35,911 nt of DNA, taken from a virus (lineage: Duplodnaviria > Caudoviricetes). A model generated the notes under the pieces. The model had not been told where the DNA came from and did no database searches. It worked only from the letters and a program-made list of their open reading frames with translations. Positions 24,941 through 34,881 of the stretch are shown piece after piece. Positions within the stretch are counted from its first letter, which is position 1. Every line of letters begins with the position of its first letter. The stretch lies in the IMG/VR virus record IMGVR_UViG_3300030397_000329, positions 1-35,911 of that record; one strand, written 5' to 3'. The position numbers and the translations under genes are program-made.

Positions 24941-25152
24941 TATTTATGTGCCTTCGCTTTCGAGTTGATAGTTTCCACAGCAGCCCCATCCTTGACAGGT
25001 TGCCGCACATTTTCCCTGAACGACTGACGCAGTTCGCGTAGAGCGTGGCGATCCTCAATCGTCAGTGAGCCGTCAGCCTTTTTCGCACGGAACTCAGCTT
25101 CGGCTTCTAACAGCTCAAGTTCAGCCTTTTTCTTAGCGATCTTATCGCTCAT
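24940..25152 (-). CDS. Hypothetical protein
   Basis: MSDKIAKKK..., AGGAG RBS. Confidence 0.6.
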   Translation of the reverse strand: MSDKIAKKKAELELLEAEAEFRAKKADGSLTIEDRHALRELRQSFRENVRQPVKDGAAVETINSKAKAHK

Positions 25153-25450
25153 GTTGTCTCCTAACACGCACACCCGAAGGGCCGCGTCCGATTATGAAAT
25201 ATCCTTTATCGACCATCTCTTTGAAGGTCATCGGACGGATACGCCCGTTCTTCTCAATCACATACCGCAACGTGCTTGGTCCGGCTTCGGCGGCTACCCG
25301 ACCATCCCAATGTTCAGTGTGAGCCACCAAACCTTTCGGTGAAACCTCACCGGTTTTGGCGACACCCTCAACCACCCGACGGGACGACTTTTTATACCCG
25401 GTTTTCAACTGGGTGGGGGCCTTCCTGGCAACCCACAAATGTTTCCTCAC
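25142..25450 (-). CDS. Basic hypothetical protein
   Basis: GTG start by GTGA overlap; TEHWDGRV motif. Confidence 0.55.
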   Translation of the reverse strand: MRKHLWVARKAPTQLKTGYKKSSRRVVEGVAKTGEVSPKGLVAHTEHWDGRVAAEAGPSTLRYVIEKNGRIRPMTFKEMVDKGYFIIGRGPSGVRVRRQHER

Positions 25451-25668
25451 ACCCAACCGCCCGTAAAAAAGTGGACGGTGAGCCACGCCCAAAACGCAAG
25501 AAAAGCGAACCTACGCAGCTGGTAACCCTTCGGCTTGCTTTTAATCGAAAACCACTTCCACACATGTTCCGACAGGGTGTCACCGGATTGTTTGTTGAAC
25601 AGTGCCGCCCCTTCAATAGCTAGGAACAACCCCAACCAAACCAGCCAACCGACAGTCCAAACCGTCAT
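25447..25668 (-). CDS. Small membrane protein
   Basis: Two Trp-rich TM segments, GDTLSEHVW motif. Confidence 0.65.
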   Translation of the reverse strand: MTVWTVGWLVWLGLFLAIEGAALFNKQSGDTLSEHVWKWFSIKSKPKGYQLRRFAFLAFWAWLTVHFFTGGWV

Positions 25669-26669
25669 ACAACACTTTCCTCCACTCGTTTCTGCCAGAA
25701 CACCGGCAGACCACGCACCAATTCCAGTTCTGGTGTCGAGGACCGTTTAACCCCCACCGACCGCGCCCAGTCGGCCATCCCGGCCAACCCGACATCAAAC
25801 GAAACGGACGGACTGAACCCCAACATTTCCCTAGCCTTCGTGTGGTCACAGTGCGCGTGTTTCACTTCGTACCGTTCCGGCATGTGTTCCACGGCCGCAC
25901 CGGGGAACAACCCGCGGACCCGTTCCGCCAGTTCGCCGATAGTCACTATCTCCTCACCGCCAATGTTGAACGTTTCCCCAACACAATCCACGGACAGCGA
26001 CCGGACCATCGGACCGACAATATCCGCAATATGTGAAAAGGCGCGGGTTTGGGTTCCGTCGCCGAACACTGTCAGGGGATCCCCCTCGATGGCTTGCCGC
26101 ATGAAAATACCAACAACGTTCCTGTACGGGTCGCCGATGTTCTGCCTGGGTCCGTAAACGTTGTGCGGACGGAAAATCACATACGGAAAGTCGAACACTT
26201 CGCCGGCGGTCCGTAAATCCTGTTCCACCGCGAACTTGGCTATTCCGTAAGGGTCTTCAGGTGCCGGCCGCATCGTTTCAACAAACGGTGGAGGTTGCGA
26301 ACCGTAGACTGCCATGCTCGAGGTGAACGTGAACCGTTCAACCTTGTATTTTAACGCAGCGTTTATCAGTCGGGTGGAAGCTAACCAGTTGTTCTTTACG
26401 TTATGGGCTCGCACCCAATGGGACAACCCCTCGGCTGCGTACGCTGCGAGGTGCCACACATAGTCGGGTTGCCACGTTCGGAACAGGTTATCGACGTCGC
26501 CGTCCACCAGGTTGATGTGGTCGAACACCGCCCCGTTGGGTATGTTTTCTCGGAACCCGCCGGACAGGTCGTCGGCGACCACCACACGGTGACCTAACCC
26601 GGCAAGTTGTTCGGCCAGGTGGGATCCGATAAACCCTGCACCGCCAGTAACGAGACTGGTGACGCTCAT
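25665..26669 (-). CDS. NAD-dependent nucleotide-sugar epimerase/dehydratase
   Basis: TGGAGFIGSH, HLAA, SSMAVYG, YGIAK, NVYGP motifs of extended SDRs. Confidence 0.92.
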   Translation of the reverse strand: MSVTSLVTGGAGFIGSHLAEQLAGLGHRVVVADDLSGGFRENIPNGAVFDHINLVDGDVDNLFRTWQPDYVWHLAAYAAEGLSHWVRAHNVKNNWLASTRLINAALKYKVERFTFTSSMAVYGSQPPPFVETMRPAPEDPYGIAKFAVEQDLRTAGEVFDFPYVIFRPHNVYGPRQNIGDPYRNVVGIFMRQAIEGDPLTVFGDGTQTRAFSHIADIVGPMVRSLSVDCVGETFNIGGEEIVTIGELAERVRGLFPGAAVEHMPERYEVKHAHCDHTKAREMLGFSPSVSFDVGLAGMADWARSVGVKRSSTPELELVRGLPVFWQKRVEESVV

Positions 26670-27220
26670 ATCCACTGCCACCGAGACTTATCGTGCGGCC
26701 AATTCCCCACATGCCGCGGTGGGGACCACCCCCGGCCGTTCCGGTTCCACTTGTCGTAGTAGTACAACTGGTCGTCGATGTACGTTTCTGTTTCGACCAG
26801 TTCCGCTACCCGTTTCGTCCAAGTGATGTCATCTAAATACTCGTTCCCGAACGTGACCTCTTGGGCGAGTTCGGTTCGAATCGGGCAAATATGCGACGCT
26901 GTTTCCTGGTGGATGACCTGGTTAAACCTGCCGTTGACCATCTGAACGGCGTCATACCCAACAAAATCATAATCCAGTTCGGGTAAAACCACTTCCATGT
27001 GCCGTTCCGACAGCCAATCGTCATCGTCCAACACCATAACATGAGACGTTTTCGCCAGACTGAACGCCAAGTTCAGTTTGTCGCCTTTGCCTCGTTTCGA
27101 ACCGTGAGCAACCAACACTTTGAAGTCGGAGCGTCCCTGATGCTCCAAAAACCACAGGCACCTGCCCAGCAGTTGGCGGCGTTCTGGGATAGTGCAAACT
27201 ACCACCGTCAAATCACCCAT
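26666..27220 (-). CDS. Glycosyltransferase (GT-A/GT2-like)
   Basis: LTVVVCTIPER, KLN, VLDDDDW, NEYLDDITW; start at 27220 inferred. Confidence 0.8.
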   Translation of the reverse strand: MGDLTVVVCTIPERRQLLGRCLWFLEHQGRSDFKVLVAHGSKRGKGDKLNLAFSLAKTSHVMVLDDDDWLSERHMEVVLPELDYDFVGYDAVQMVNGRFNQVIHQETASHICPIRTELAQEVTFGNEYLDDITWTKRVAELVETETYIDDQLYYYDKWNRNGRGWSPPRHVGNWPHDKSRWQWI

Positions 27221-28583
27221 ACTTATGGAAACGGGTACGGAACAGTTTACCGTCCTGTTTGAACGTTGCCTGGTTCTTCTCGTCCGTAGCGTCCGCGGGC
27301 CGTCCCTGTGTAAGCGGATGGAAATGTTCCACAATCGAACCCAAAGCAGCCTGAAACACTCCCCGCTGTTTCGCCACCGCCACCAGTTCATCATCCACAA
27401 AATTGTGTGCGTACCCCTCATGGCAAAACACCCCGGGCCCACCCCACGAAGAACCCACTTCTTCAACATACCTCCGGTTGATAAGCGGGTGCGTCGCATG
27501 CTCGCCGCGGGTCACCCGCGGGTTAGTCAGGTCGTTGGTAGCAACAACTTTCGCATCGTATTTCCCGGCAACGAACATGGCTTTGTTGAACCAGTCGGGA
27601 TGGAACCGGCAGTCATCCCCAACCACCTGGATCCACGGTGCTTTAGCCCCCGACCTCTCATACCACGCATTCAGCTTGTGGGGGAAAGACCCAGACTCCC
27701 AATGAAGTTCAGCTCCCATACCTTCCAACAAATCGGCCTTCTTAGAATCCAAATCTTCATCAACCACAAACCAACATTTAGCCAACCCCGTAGAAGCAAC
27801 CAACGTCTCATACAAAGGTTGTAGGTGGTCGAACCGTTCCTTAACTGTTGGAACAACCACATCCACACTGTCTGTCGCGGGCGGGACTTGCATGTCTAAC
27901 CAAAAGTCCGGTTCCGACACCCAAATGTTTTTATGATGCGTTGTCCGAACCCCAGTGTTCACATGAATTGGAACACCCAACGCTCCCAGCCGGTAGCAGA
28001 ACGAAATGTCTTCGCCTAACAGCCCGTCGGGGCCGGGAAGACGGTCGAACCATGTCGGCCCGTACTCCTCTTTGACCCTCTCCACCGCGCTCCGGTGGAT
28101 AAGAATAAACGCTGCACCCGTGCCCGCACACCGGATCAGACTGTTAACCGGGTAATGTTTCCGTCCGGTCATTCGCTTCAACCCGTCAGGGTGTTCAACC
28201 CAATCGTAGATTGTTGGTAGTGGATACGAACGGAACCCGCCGTACCCATCCTCCCCAGAATCGCGGTAAGCGAAACACAATCCGCCCACCACAGGACGCT
28301 CCACTGGGTCGGCAACATCCAACAGTCGCTCGAGGGCATCGGGTTGGAAACCCATGTCCGCGTCGACCATAAGAATCCACTTACAGTCAGTCCGCAAAAA
28401 CCCTTCGAACAGTTCGTTACGGCCCTCGGGAATCGAATACCCCGACGTGCGGATATTCCCCCAACTAGACAACCGCCGGTTAGACGCCGCATCGTATTGT
28501 AGAAGTTTGAAATACGACTGGTGGAACGAAGCTGAAAGGTTGTTAGGGTGGAGGTAACCGACGAAAACGTCGTTAACGTCCAC
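27213..28583 (-). CDS. Glycosyltransferase with two GT-A domains
   Basis: MVDADM...GAAFILIHR...GEDISFC then VVVPT...GDD...HNFVDDEL; start at GTG 28583 inferred. Confidence 0.85.
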   Translation of the reverse strand: MDVNDVFVGYLHPNNLSASFHQSYFKLLQYDAASNRRLSSWGNIRTSGYSIPEGRNELFEGFLRTDCKWILMVDADMGFQPDALERLLDVADPVERPVVGGLCFAYRDSGEDGYGGFRSYPLPTIYDWVEHPDGLKRMTGRKHYPVNSLIRCAGTGAAFILIHRSAVERVKEEYGPTWFDRLPGPDGLLGEDISFCYRLGALGVPIHVNTGVRTTHHKNIWVSEPDFWLDMQVPPATDSVDVVVPTVKERFDHLQPLYETLVASTGLAKCWFVVDEDLDSKKADLLEGMGAELHWESGSFPHKLNAWYERSGAKAPWIQVVGDDCRFHPDWFNKAMFVAGKYDAKVVATNDLTNPRVTRGEHATHPLINRRYVEEVGSSWGGPGVFCHEGYAHNFVDDELVAVAKQRGVFQAALGSIVEHFHPLTQGRPADATDEKNQATFKQDGKLFRTRFHKYG

Positions 28584-28788
28584 TCTTACGCTTTTCGCCC
28601 GGCGCTGCAGAAGCTTTCTCGACCCACCCATTCGAAGTCCGACGCCTGGGCGGCGAATCAGCAAACGCTTCCGGGTGGGCTCTAACTAGCAGATCGTCCG
28701 CATCCCACGCCTCACCGGCAACAAGCCGGTAAACAACCCCATGCTGGTTACTGATAGACGTGTTCGATTTAGCGTATACATCGGGCAT
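28573..28788 (-). CDS. Small post-capsid protein
   Basis: DDLLVRAHPEAF...VEKASAAPGEKR motif recalled from genes that follow actinophage capsid genes; AAGGAGG RBS. Confidence 0.7.
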   Translation of the reverse strand: MPDVYAKSNTSISNQHGVVYRLVAGEAWDADDLLVRAHPEAFADSPPRRRTSNGWVEKASAAPGEKRKSGR

Positions 28789-28823
28789 TGCTCTCCCTCC
28801 TTAAGGGATTTTTCTGCACTAAC

Positions 28824-29597
28824 TTAGTTGGCCCCTTTCTTCCGGTTACAAAACCAGTGAGCAAGGGACACATTGTCTAACTCATCCAAACCACCCTTCG
28901 ATATCGGGGTGATGTGGTCGATTGTTGCCCCCATTTCATGAGAGCGGTCGAGGTCAGGATCAACCGAATCGCCACAGATGTGGCATGTCCAGTTATCCCG
29001 CTCGAAAACTTGAAGGTCGGCATACAGACCTTCGCCGGTCGCCTCGTTGCGCCGGCGTGCCCGAACCTTGCCCCAGTAGTAATTGGCGCACTTCTTGGAA
29101 CACCACCGCGCTGAGGGATGTTTCCCCATAAACTCGGTTCCGCAGTTGTCGCAAATCACCAGATGATCGCGCACGCGCGGGGGTGCGTTCTTCTGCTTGC
29201 GGGCCCGATATGCCAACTGTGTGCACCACTTGTCGGGGCAGTACATCCTGGCGCGGTTCGTAGCGATGAACCCATCGCCGCAATGGGCGCATTTTCTAAC
29301 AACAGGTTCAGACAGGGGTTTTAGCCTGCGCCGCGCCGCACGATTGGAGACTCGTCGCTTGCATTGATCCGAGCAGTATTTGCGGGGGGCTCCAACCCGG
29401 TTCTGTTGAAACGCAATCCCGCATTCGGGACACTCAGTTGAACGCTCTTTGAACTTGCGTTCTCTAACGGATTTTTGATAACCCGAAACTCGACAGTTGT
29501 GCGAACAGTACCGCTTGGGCTTCGGGTTGTTGGTGCGGGCCACCCCGAAAGATGACCCACACCACTCGCACTTTTGGTTGTCTGACACGCCCCACAT
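28824..29597 (-). CDS. HNH endonuclease with four N-terminal Cys repeats
   Basis: Repeated CxxCG-x2-F...YCSxxC; VFERDNWTCHIC...TIDHITP...AHWFCN. Confidence 0.88.
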   Translation of the reverse strand: MWGVSDNQKCEWCGSSFGVARTNNPKPKRYCSHNCRVSGYQKSVRERKFKERSTECPECGIAFQQNRVGAPRKYCSDQCKRRVSNRAARRRLKPLSEPVVRKCAHCGDGFIATNRARMYCPDKWCTQLAYRARKQKNAPPRVRDHLVICDNCGTEFMGKHPSARWCSKKCANYYWGKVRARRRNEATGEGLYADLQVFERDNWTCHICGDSVDPDLDRSHEMGATIDHITPISKGGLDELDNVSLAHWFCNRKKGAN

Positions 29598-29625
29598 GAT
29601 AGTGGAATACGCGTGTCAGAACAAC
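29577..29625 (-). promoter_or_regulatory. Hairpin covering the HNH start, with embedded promoter candidate
   Basis: GTTG-TCTGACACGC/GCGTGTCAGA-A-CAAC stem with inner CCAC/GTGG; TTGTTC-17 nt-TATCAT on the minus strand. Confidence 0.55.
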
Positions 29626-31050
29626 TCAAGTATTCTGTAACAAACGGAATCCGTTGTCGTCGACCGAATCGGCACCAACCCTGGCCCAGGCCAACCAGGC
29701 CCTTTGCCCAGTTGGAACGCCGTTGCCATCCACCACATTAGGGATCAATTCCACGTTCATACCGACACGCTGCGCTATTACGTAGCGACTGAAATCCCCA
29801 ACTATTGCCAGGTTACTCGCACCGGTCGTGCCAGTGAAACTTGGAGCGTAGTCAGAGAGCAGAACCTGCTTACCGAGCAGTCTCGGAATTGACTCACCCG
29901 CAGCGTTAACCGTGAACAACGATTCGTTCGATGTTCCGGGCTGACGCAACTGCTCTTCAACTGTGATATCGAAGAACCAGTTAGACCGCGGCCTGTACCG
30001 TTCCGGCAGCTGCGAGAACACCTTAAGGGCATCCTCAGGGCCGAGAGCGCCGTCAGTGGTGACAGCAACTTCGGAACCTGCTGTAGCGTCGATCGCCGTG
30101 AAGATCCCGACAACACCGGCAGCACCGGTCGCTGTTTCCTCAGCAAGGAAGTCAAGGTACGCCTGCTCAATGAGCGCAGCCATTTCCCCTGCGAAACCGG
30201 GGTAGTCGCCCTCGATTTCGAACGAATAGGGAATGTACGCCATTGTCTTCTCGGGTGTGACAGTCGGCTGTGCCAACGTCGCCTGAGTAGCCGTAGCAGC
30301 AGTCGCCTCAGCAGTAGATGTGAATGCCACGCCAGCGCTCGAAACACCCTTCCAAATGTTGTTCGTGATCGATTCGATACGAGACACGTTCAGTAGGGGT
30401 GCAACTGCAGCACCGGAGGTAAGGATGATGGTCGGGTCGATAAGAACCGGCACACCGAAACCACCAGAAGCGTTCGTCAACGACTGTTCAGTAGCGCGGA
30501 ACTCGTTGAGCGCCCGAACCTCGTCAGCGTCGAATGCTGGGGTCACCTGAGTAACACCCTTCATCCAAGCGCTACGGTAGGCGGGTTTCTCTGTGATGAG
30601 CAGCCGACGGGCGATCTTATCACCGTCAGTGTCGCCGTTCCGTGTGCGGATCAGCTTCTCAATGCGAGCTGCTGACTCGTCCGAAACGGGTACGTCGCCT
30701 TTATGCTCATTTTCGAGTGTTTTGAGGGCCGCGTCGCGGACCTCCGTACGGGAAGCAGTACGAACATCAACGTCCGTGTTTGTCTGCTTCATGAAATGGA
30801 CTGACCGGTCCTCGCCGATTTCAATGCTACCAAGCTTGTCCGCGGCGTCGAGAACAGCTAGCCGCTTCTCGATCTGGTCGCGTTCCTCGGTGAGAGCCTG
30901 AATGGGCGATTCGTCGCCGGTCAGTTCCGCAAAGCGGGTTTCTTGATCTTCGGAAAGCTCCTCGGCTTCTACCAGCTCCGACAGTTCGGAACGGAGAGCC
31001 TGTGCTTCCTCTTTGATTTCGGAAAGCCGCGCAGTGAGCTTGTCACTCAT
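29626..31050 (-). CDS. Major capsid protein (HK97 fold with delta domain)
   Basis: Coiled-coil N-terminus, GGFGVPVLIDP, RLLGKQV, GDFSRYVIAQRVG. Confidence 0.92.
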   Translation of the reverse strand: MSDKLTARLSEIKEEAQALRSELSELVEAEELSEDQETRFAELTGDESPIQALTEERDQIEKRLAVLDAADKLGSIEIGEDRSVHFMKQTNTDVDVRTASRTEVRDAALKTLENEHKGDVPVSDESAARIEKLIRTRNGDTDGDKIARRLLITEKPAYRSAWMKGVTQVTPAFDADEVRALNEFRATEQSLTNASGGFGVPVLIDPTIILTSGAAVAPLLNVSRIESITNNIWKGVSSAGVAFTSTAEATAATATQATLAQPTVTPEKTMAYIPYSFEIEGDYPGFAGEMAALIEQAYLDFLAEETATGAAGVVGIFTAIDATAGSEVAVTTDGALGPEDALKVFSQLPERYRPRSNWFFDITVEEQLRQPGTSNESLFTVNAAGESIPRLLGKQVLLSDYAPSFTGTTGASNLAIVGDFSRYVIAQRVGMNVELIPNVVDGNGVPTGQRAWLAWARVGADSVDDNGFRLLQNT

Positions 31051-31745
31051 TTTGCGATAACTCCTTTTAGAATTTGGTCGAACGGGGCAGCAAGTGCCTT
31101 CCGTTCGTCTTGCGTGACGACAAGTGCCTCTGTTGGCGGGTTGTCGGTTTCCTCACCCGAAGTGCCGGTGGCGGGTTCAGATGAGGCAAAGGTGATGGCC
31201 CTAGCCAGTTCGGTTACCGTGTTCTGGCAGGACAAAAGGTCGGACAGTTCGCTACGAACGCCGACGGAGGTCTGCTCGTAGGCGGGAAAAACGACAGGGC
31301 CGAGTTCGTAAAGTTTCACTTCCCGGATCGTCCGGGCAGTAGAATCATCATTCCACTCGTCCTGGGTCACTGAAAACTGGAACGACATACCCGAAATAGA
31401 CCCTTCAGAAATGGCCTCCCGGACAGGTTGTACAAGCCAGTTATCCGACAGCCGCGCCCGCACAAACAAACCCTTTTCGTCTTCTTCTATTTTGCGGATA
31501 GACCCAAGAGGAATAGAACCGATCATCGGGTGGGTGCCGTGGTCGAACTGGAGGACCGGTGTTTTCGCGTTCAGCGTCCGCGCGAACGCACCCCGAGCAA
31601 TAGTCTCCTCATATTCGCCCAGCCGGTCGCGGATCAAAGCTGGCGTGTCGAAAACGGCAGCGTACCCCTCGAGGGTCAACCCGTCTTCAGTGTCGTCGAG
31701 GTTGCGGACGGTGAAGTCATAGCTTCTAGAAATGCGTTCAGTCAT
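31047..31745 (-). CDS. HK97-family prohead protease
   Basis: LEGYAAVFD, FDHG, GMSFQF, LYELGPVVFPAY. Confidence 0.92.
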   Translation of the reverse strand: MTERISRSYDFTVRNLDDTEDGLTLEGYAAVFDTPALIRDRLGEYEETIARGAFARTLNAKTPVLQFDHGTHPMIGSIPLGSIRKIEEDEKGLFVRARLSDNWLVQPVREAISEGSISGMSFQFSVTQDEWNDDSTARTIREVKLYELGPVVFPAYEQTSVGVRSELSDLLSCQNTVTELARAITFASSEPATGTSGEETDNPPTEALVVTQDERKALAAPFDQILKGVIAK

Positions 31746-33132
31746 TAGGTGTCTCCTGGAGAGGTTTGACTTGGGGTCGTGTCCACCCGACACCCAAAAG
31801 AGCAGAGGCGGCTTCTGCTGGTACATTCACGCTGTGCGTTGCTCCAGGTGGTTGGAGTTGTACGGAGAACAACCCGGAATGGGTTAGCAGAGAGAAATCA
31901 TCGTTATCGACAGCGGCCACAACCGAATCAGGTTCCCAGCCAGCATCCAACAGCGAACGAATAGTTTGCGCGCGGGTGTTCTGAATGTCCGCGGCGTCCT
32001 TCTCGTCGTCCTGTAGGAAAGGAATGAACTTCTCGTCATACCACAGCATCGAATTGCGCGGAACGGTGACAATCTGCTCGAGAACACCAAAATATTCATC
32101 CCAAAGAGGCCGGAAGGTTACATCAGCAGTACGCCGGCGGGCAGCCTGATAGTTGCCCGTGTTCAACGACGAACCCTGCAACCCTTCAGAAAGTTGCGCT
32201 ACAACCGCCCCGACACCCGACGCCGCAGCGATACGGGTTTCGGATGCACCCTGGACAGCTTTGAAGTCGAGCTGTTGGAAGTCCTTACCGACAACGGTCG
32301 CGTCCATTCCGGCACCCAAACCCAACCGCCTGTAAGCGTTCGCCGCTCCGGTGTGGTTCTCGTCGAAAACTGCCAGCCATTTCGCCATCTGTTCCGGGTC
32401 AGTCCACTGACCCTTAATCACCATGTTCGGTGTGGCCCCATTCTCGTAAAACTTGTTTTTGTGGACAGTCGCCTGCTTATCACCAGCCACTTCCCGGACC
32501 ACGGGCGTTAGCCACGACATGCCCCTGTACTGTGCAAGCGGATCCGGTATGGGAGCAAAATGAGCTACCTGCTCCACTGAATACGGGACAGGTTCATTCC
32601 CGCGGTTCCTGCCACCCGGCCAATACAAGTAACCAACAACAACAGACTCAGGGTCATCAGACGGATGTTCAATCTCGGTATTGTCCGACCCGAGCACAAT
32701 ATCTACCCAGTCGGGCCGGAGGAGAGAGAGCCGGTTGTCGTTCCGGTAAATGAACGCGTTGCCAGCAAAATCGGCGTGGGTTAATGCGCGGCTGTTCAGC
32801 TTCGACGTTGTCCCACCCGGCCACGGCCGACGCAGCACGTTCAACGACGAAGTCGAAAACAAGTCGCCGGGCCTACCGTCAACAAGCTGACGGTACATAG
32901 GGCGGGCCTGCGAAAACACAGACAACCGGACAAGTTCACAAGCGAACACCGGCCCGGAAGCCTTATAAGCATGAGACACATACCCTTCAAAGGAGTCCGG
33001 AACGGGCTCCTTATCGTTCTGAAGTGTCTGATTCAACCCGTAAATCGGGTAACCGAACTGATACCAGTACGGTTCGCCAATAAGTGGGTCGTGGCGCGTT
33101 TCGGCGCCCACAAGCGCGGAGAGAAGATCCAA
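31738..33132 (-). CDS. Portal protein (HK97 family)
   Basis: GNAFIY, LLRPDWV, YRGMSWL, KFYENGATP; follows terminase. Confidence 0.9.
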   Translation of the reverse strand: MDLLSALVGAETRHDPLIGEPYWYQFGYPIYGLNQTLQNDKEPVPDSFEGYVSHAYKASGPVFACELVRLSVFSQARPMYRQLVDGRPGDLFSTSSLNVLRRPWPGGTTSKLNSRALTHADFAGNAFIYRNDNRLSLLRPDWVDIVLGSDNTEIEHPSDDPESVVVGYLYWPGGRNRGNEPVPYSVEQVAHFAPIPDPLAQYRGMSWLTPVVREVAGDKQATVHKNKFYENGATPNMVIKGQWTDPEQMAKWLAVFDENHTGAANAYRRLGLGAGMDATVVGKDFQQLDFKAVQGASETRIAAASGVGAVVAQLSEGLQGSSLNTGNYQAARRRTADVTFRPLWDEYFGVLEQIVTVPRNSMLWYDEKFIPFLQDDEKDAADIQNTRAQTIRSLLDAGWEPDSVVAAVDNDDFSLLTHSGLFSVQLQPPGATHSVNVPAEAASALLGVGWTRPQVKPLQETPND

Positions 33133-33135
33133 AGT

Positions 33136-33276
33136 TTACTCCTGTGAGAGATGCCAGATGCCGACCGCGCCAACAAGCAACGAAAAACAGATAATCCCGG
33201 CCCGGTAATCGAACAGTCCCACCCCAACCGAAAGCCCGACAATTCCAATAATGGTAAACCCCGCTGCGAGTTTCAA
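33136..33276 (-). CDS. Small two-TM protein between terminase and portal (46 aa)
   Basis: Read manually: MKLAAGFTIIGIVGLSVGVGLFDYRAGIICFSLLVGAVGIWHLSQE; TTGA overlap with terL. Confidence 0.6.
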   Translation of the reverse strand: MKLAAGFTIIGIVGLSVGVGLFDYRAGIICFSLLVGAVGIWHLSQE

Positions 33277-34706
33277 CCCCACGACGCTACCGGCTCCCAC
33301 GGTTCCGTGTTCACGGCCTTGTAGTAGGCGACAGAAGCGGCCATAAGTATTTCGCCTCCCGGAGCGTCACGATGCCAAACCCACGAATCCGACGACACCC
33401 GCTTAACTGCCGACCTAACAGCAGCATCGAAATGTTCATCAGGTCGAGCCTTCAGTTTGCTATCAGCAATGTCGTCGTAGAAACGAGTACACGCTTTCCT
33501 GCATTCCAACGAATCCAACCACAACATCTGATACCCGGCGGTTTCAAGGTCAGAAGCCACACCAGCCACGGGCCCATACTTATCGCAGGCAACCCGGACA
33601 CCCTTTGGAACATTCTCAAGGAAGTAGGGGAGAAGCCAGTTGATACCATGGTTCGAAGCGACCCGCTCCACTCGCCCCTGACTATCGGCCTGAGCAACAA
33701 CCCCCAGCGCACGGTCAGCGCTAGCGTCAATAGCTAAAACTTCCTGGTCAGTTCTGACAGAACGGTCGACAACAGACAGCCACCATTCATCCGGGATTAG
33801 ACGTTCCTGAACCTCAACCCACTGGCCCCCCACATTTCGCCGGTAGAGGGGTTCGGGTTTGCGCTGTTCAGCGTCCAAATATTCCTTGTGTACCAGCACC
33901 CCATAAGCCGGCATTCGCCTTTCAAGAACCTTGAAATCGTAAGGGTCTTCGTCTTCGGCTACGCCGAACTCGAAGTAGCAGATACCGGACCGTTTCCCGG
34001 ACGCGACAGCAGCACGGCCCTCCTCGACCTTGCGGCGGAACAGAACAGAAGACGCGTCGCCGGGAGTCGAGGGGGTCCATATTTGGGCGTTTCGTTTCGT
34101 GGCCGTCGTCGGCGTTAGGGCCCGTTCCCTATTGTCGTCAGTGTCAGCGTGGGCTTCGTCCAACACCAGCATATCAATACCGGACCGCCCCTCACCCGAC
34201 GCTTTCGAATTAGACACAACGGACATTCGGGAACCGTTCTCGAACAGAATGTTCGTGTTCCCATCCGACAAGTAAGGACGTCTGACCAGCGGCCATATCG
34301 GAGACGTTTCCAGAGTAGGTAGAAGCTCTTCCTTGACCTTTATCCGGGCGTTATGGCCGTCCTGCATCGTGTAGATGCTCCGCTGCGGCTCCCCCCACAA
34401 CAACGAACGGGCGCAAATCGTACAGAGGATAAGATGCGTCTTCCCCTGCTGACGCATCAGCGAAATAACCACGTCCCGATATGCAAACAAACTCGTTTCG
34501 GGGTCCACCTCGAGAGCCACATCCGCAACAATCCGCTGCCACCACATGAGCGGATCGCCCAACTCACGGGCCATGTTCTCCACACGCCACCCAAACGATT
34601 CCCGCTCAAGCGACTGCTCCGTGTAAAAAAGCGGTTCAGCCCAACCCGGAGTTTCCCAACCGGGCCAAGAGAGCCTTGATGTCTTCGTCAACGCCTGAAT
34701 CGTCAC
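33273..34706 (-). CDS. terL: Terminase large subunit
   Basis: LMWWQ Q-motif, RQQGKT Walker A, LVLDEA Walker B, LAID nuclease motif. Confidence 0.92.
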   Translation of the reverse strand: MTIQALTKTSRLSWPGWETPGWAEPLFYTEQSLERESFGWRVENMARELGDPLMWWQRIVADVALEVDPETSLFAYRDVVISLMRQQGKTHLILCTICARSLLWGEPQRSIYTMQDGHNARIKVKEELLPTLETSPIWPLVRRPYLSDGNTNILFENGSRMSVVSNSKASGEGRSGIDMLVLDEAHADTDDNRERALTPTTATKRNAQIWTPSTPGDASSVLFRRKVEEGRAAVASGKRSGICYFEFGVAEDEDPYDFKVLERRMPAYGVLVHKEYLDAEQRKPEPLYRRNVGGQWVEVQERLIPDEWWLSVVDRSVRTDQEVLAIDASADRALGVVAQADSQGRVERVASNHGINWLLPYFLENVPKGVRVACDKYGPVAGVASDLETAGYQMLWLDSLECRKACTRFYDDIADSKLKARPDEHFDAAVRSAVKRVSSDSWVWHRDAPGGEILMAASVAYYKAVNTEPWEPVASWG

Positions 34707-34881
34707 GCAGCGCCTCCCGAATCGTCTTCACGGCAAACCGATACTCCCGGAACATTTCCGGCGTGCCGTTGCCCGCATCAATTTCATCGGCAATCGAAAA
34801 CGCCGCCTGGATTTCCGCTTCGAACCCAGCCAACTCCCCCATTCGGGCCAAAGCCTGAGTCAAAGCCTCCCGATTCGTCAT
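34636..34881 (-). CDS. terS: Terminase small subunit (putative)
   Basis: Short helical protein overlapping the terL start; IADEID...REYR; ATGA overlap with HNH. Confidence 0.65.
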   Translation of the reverse strand: MTNREALTQALARMGELAGFEAEIQAAFSIADEIDAGNGTPEMFREYRFAVKTIREALRDDSGVDEDIKALLARLGNSGLG

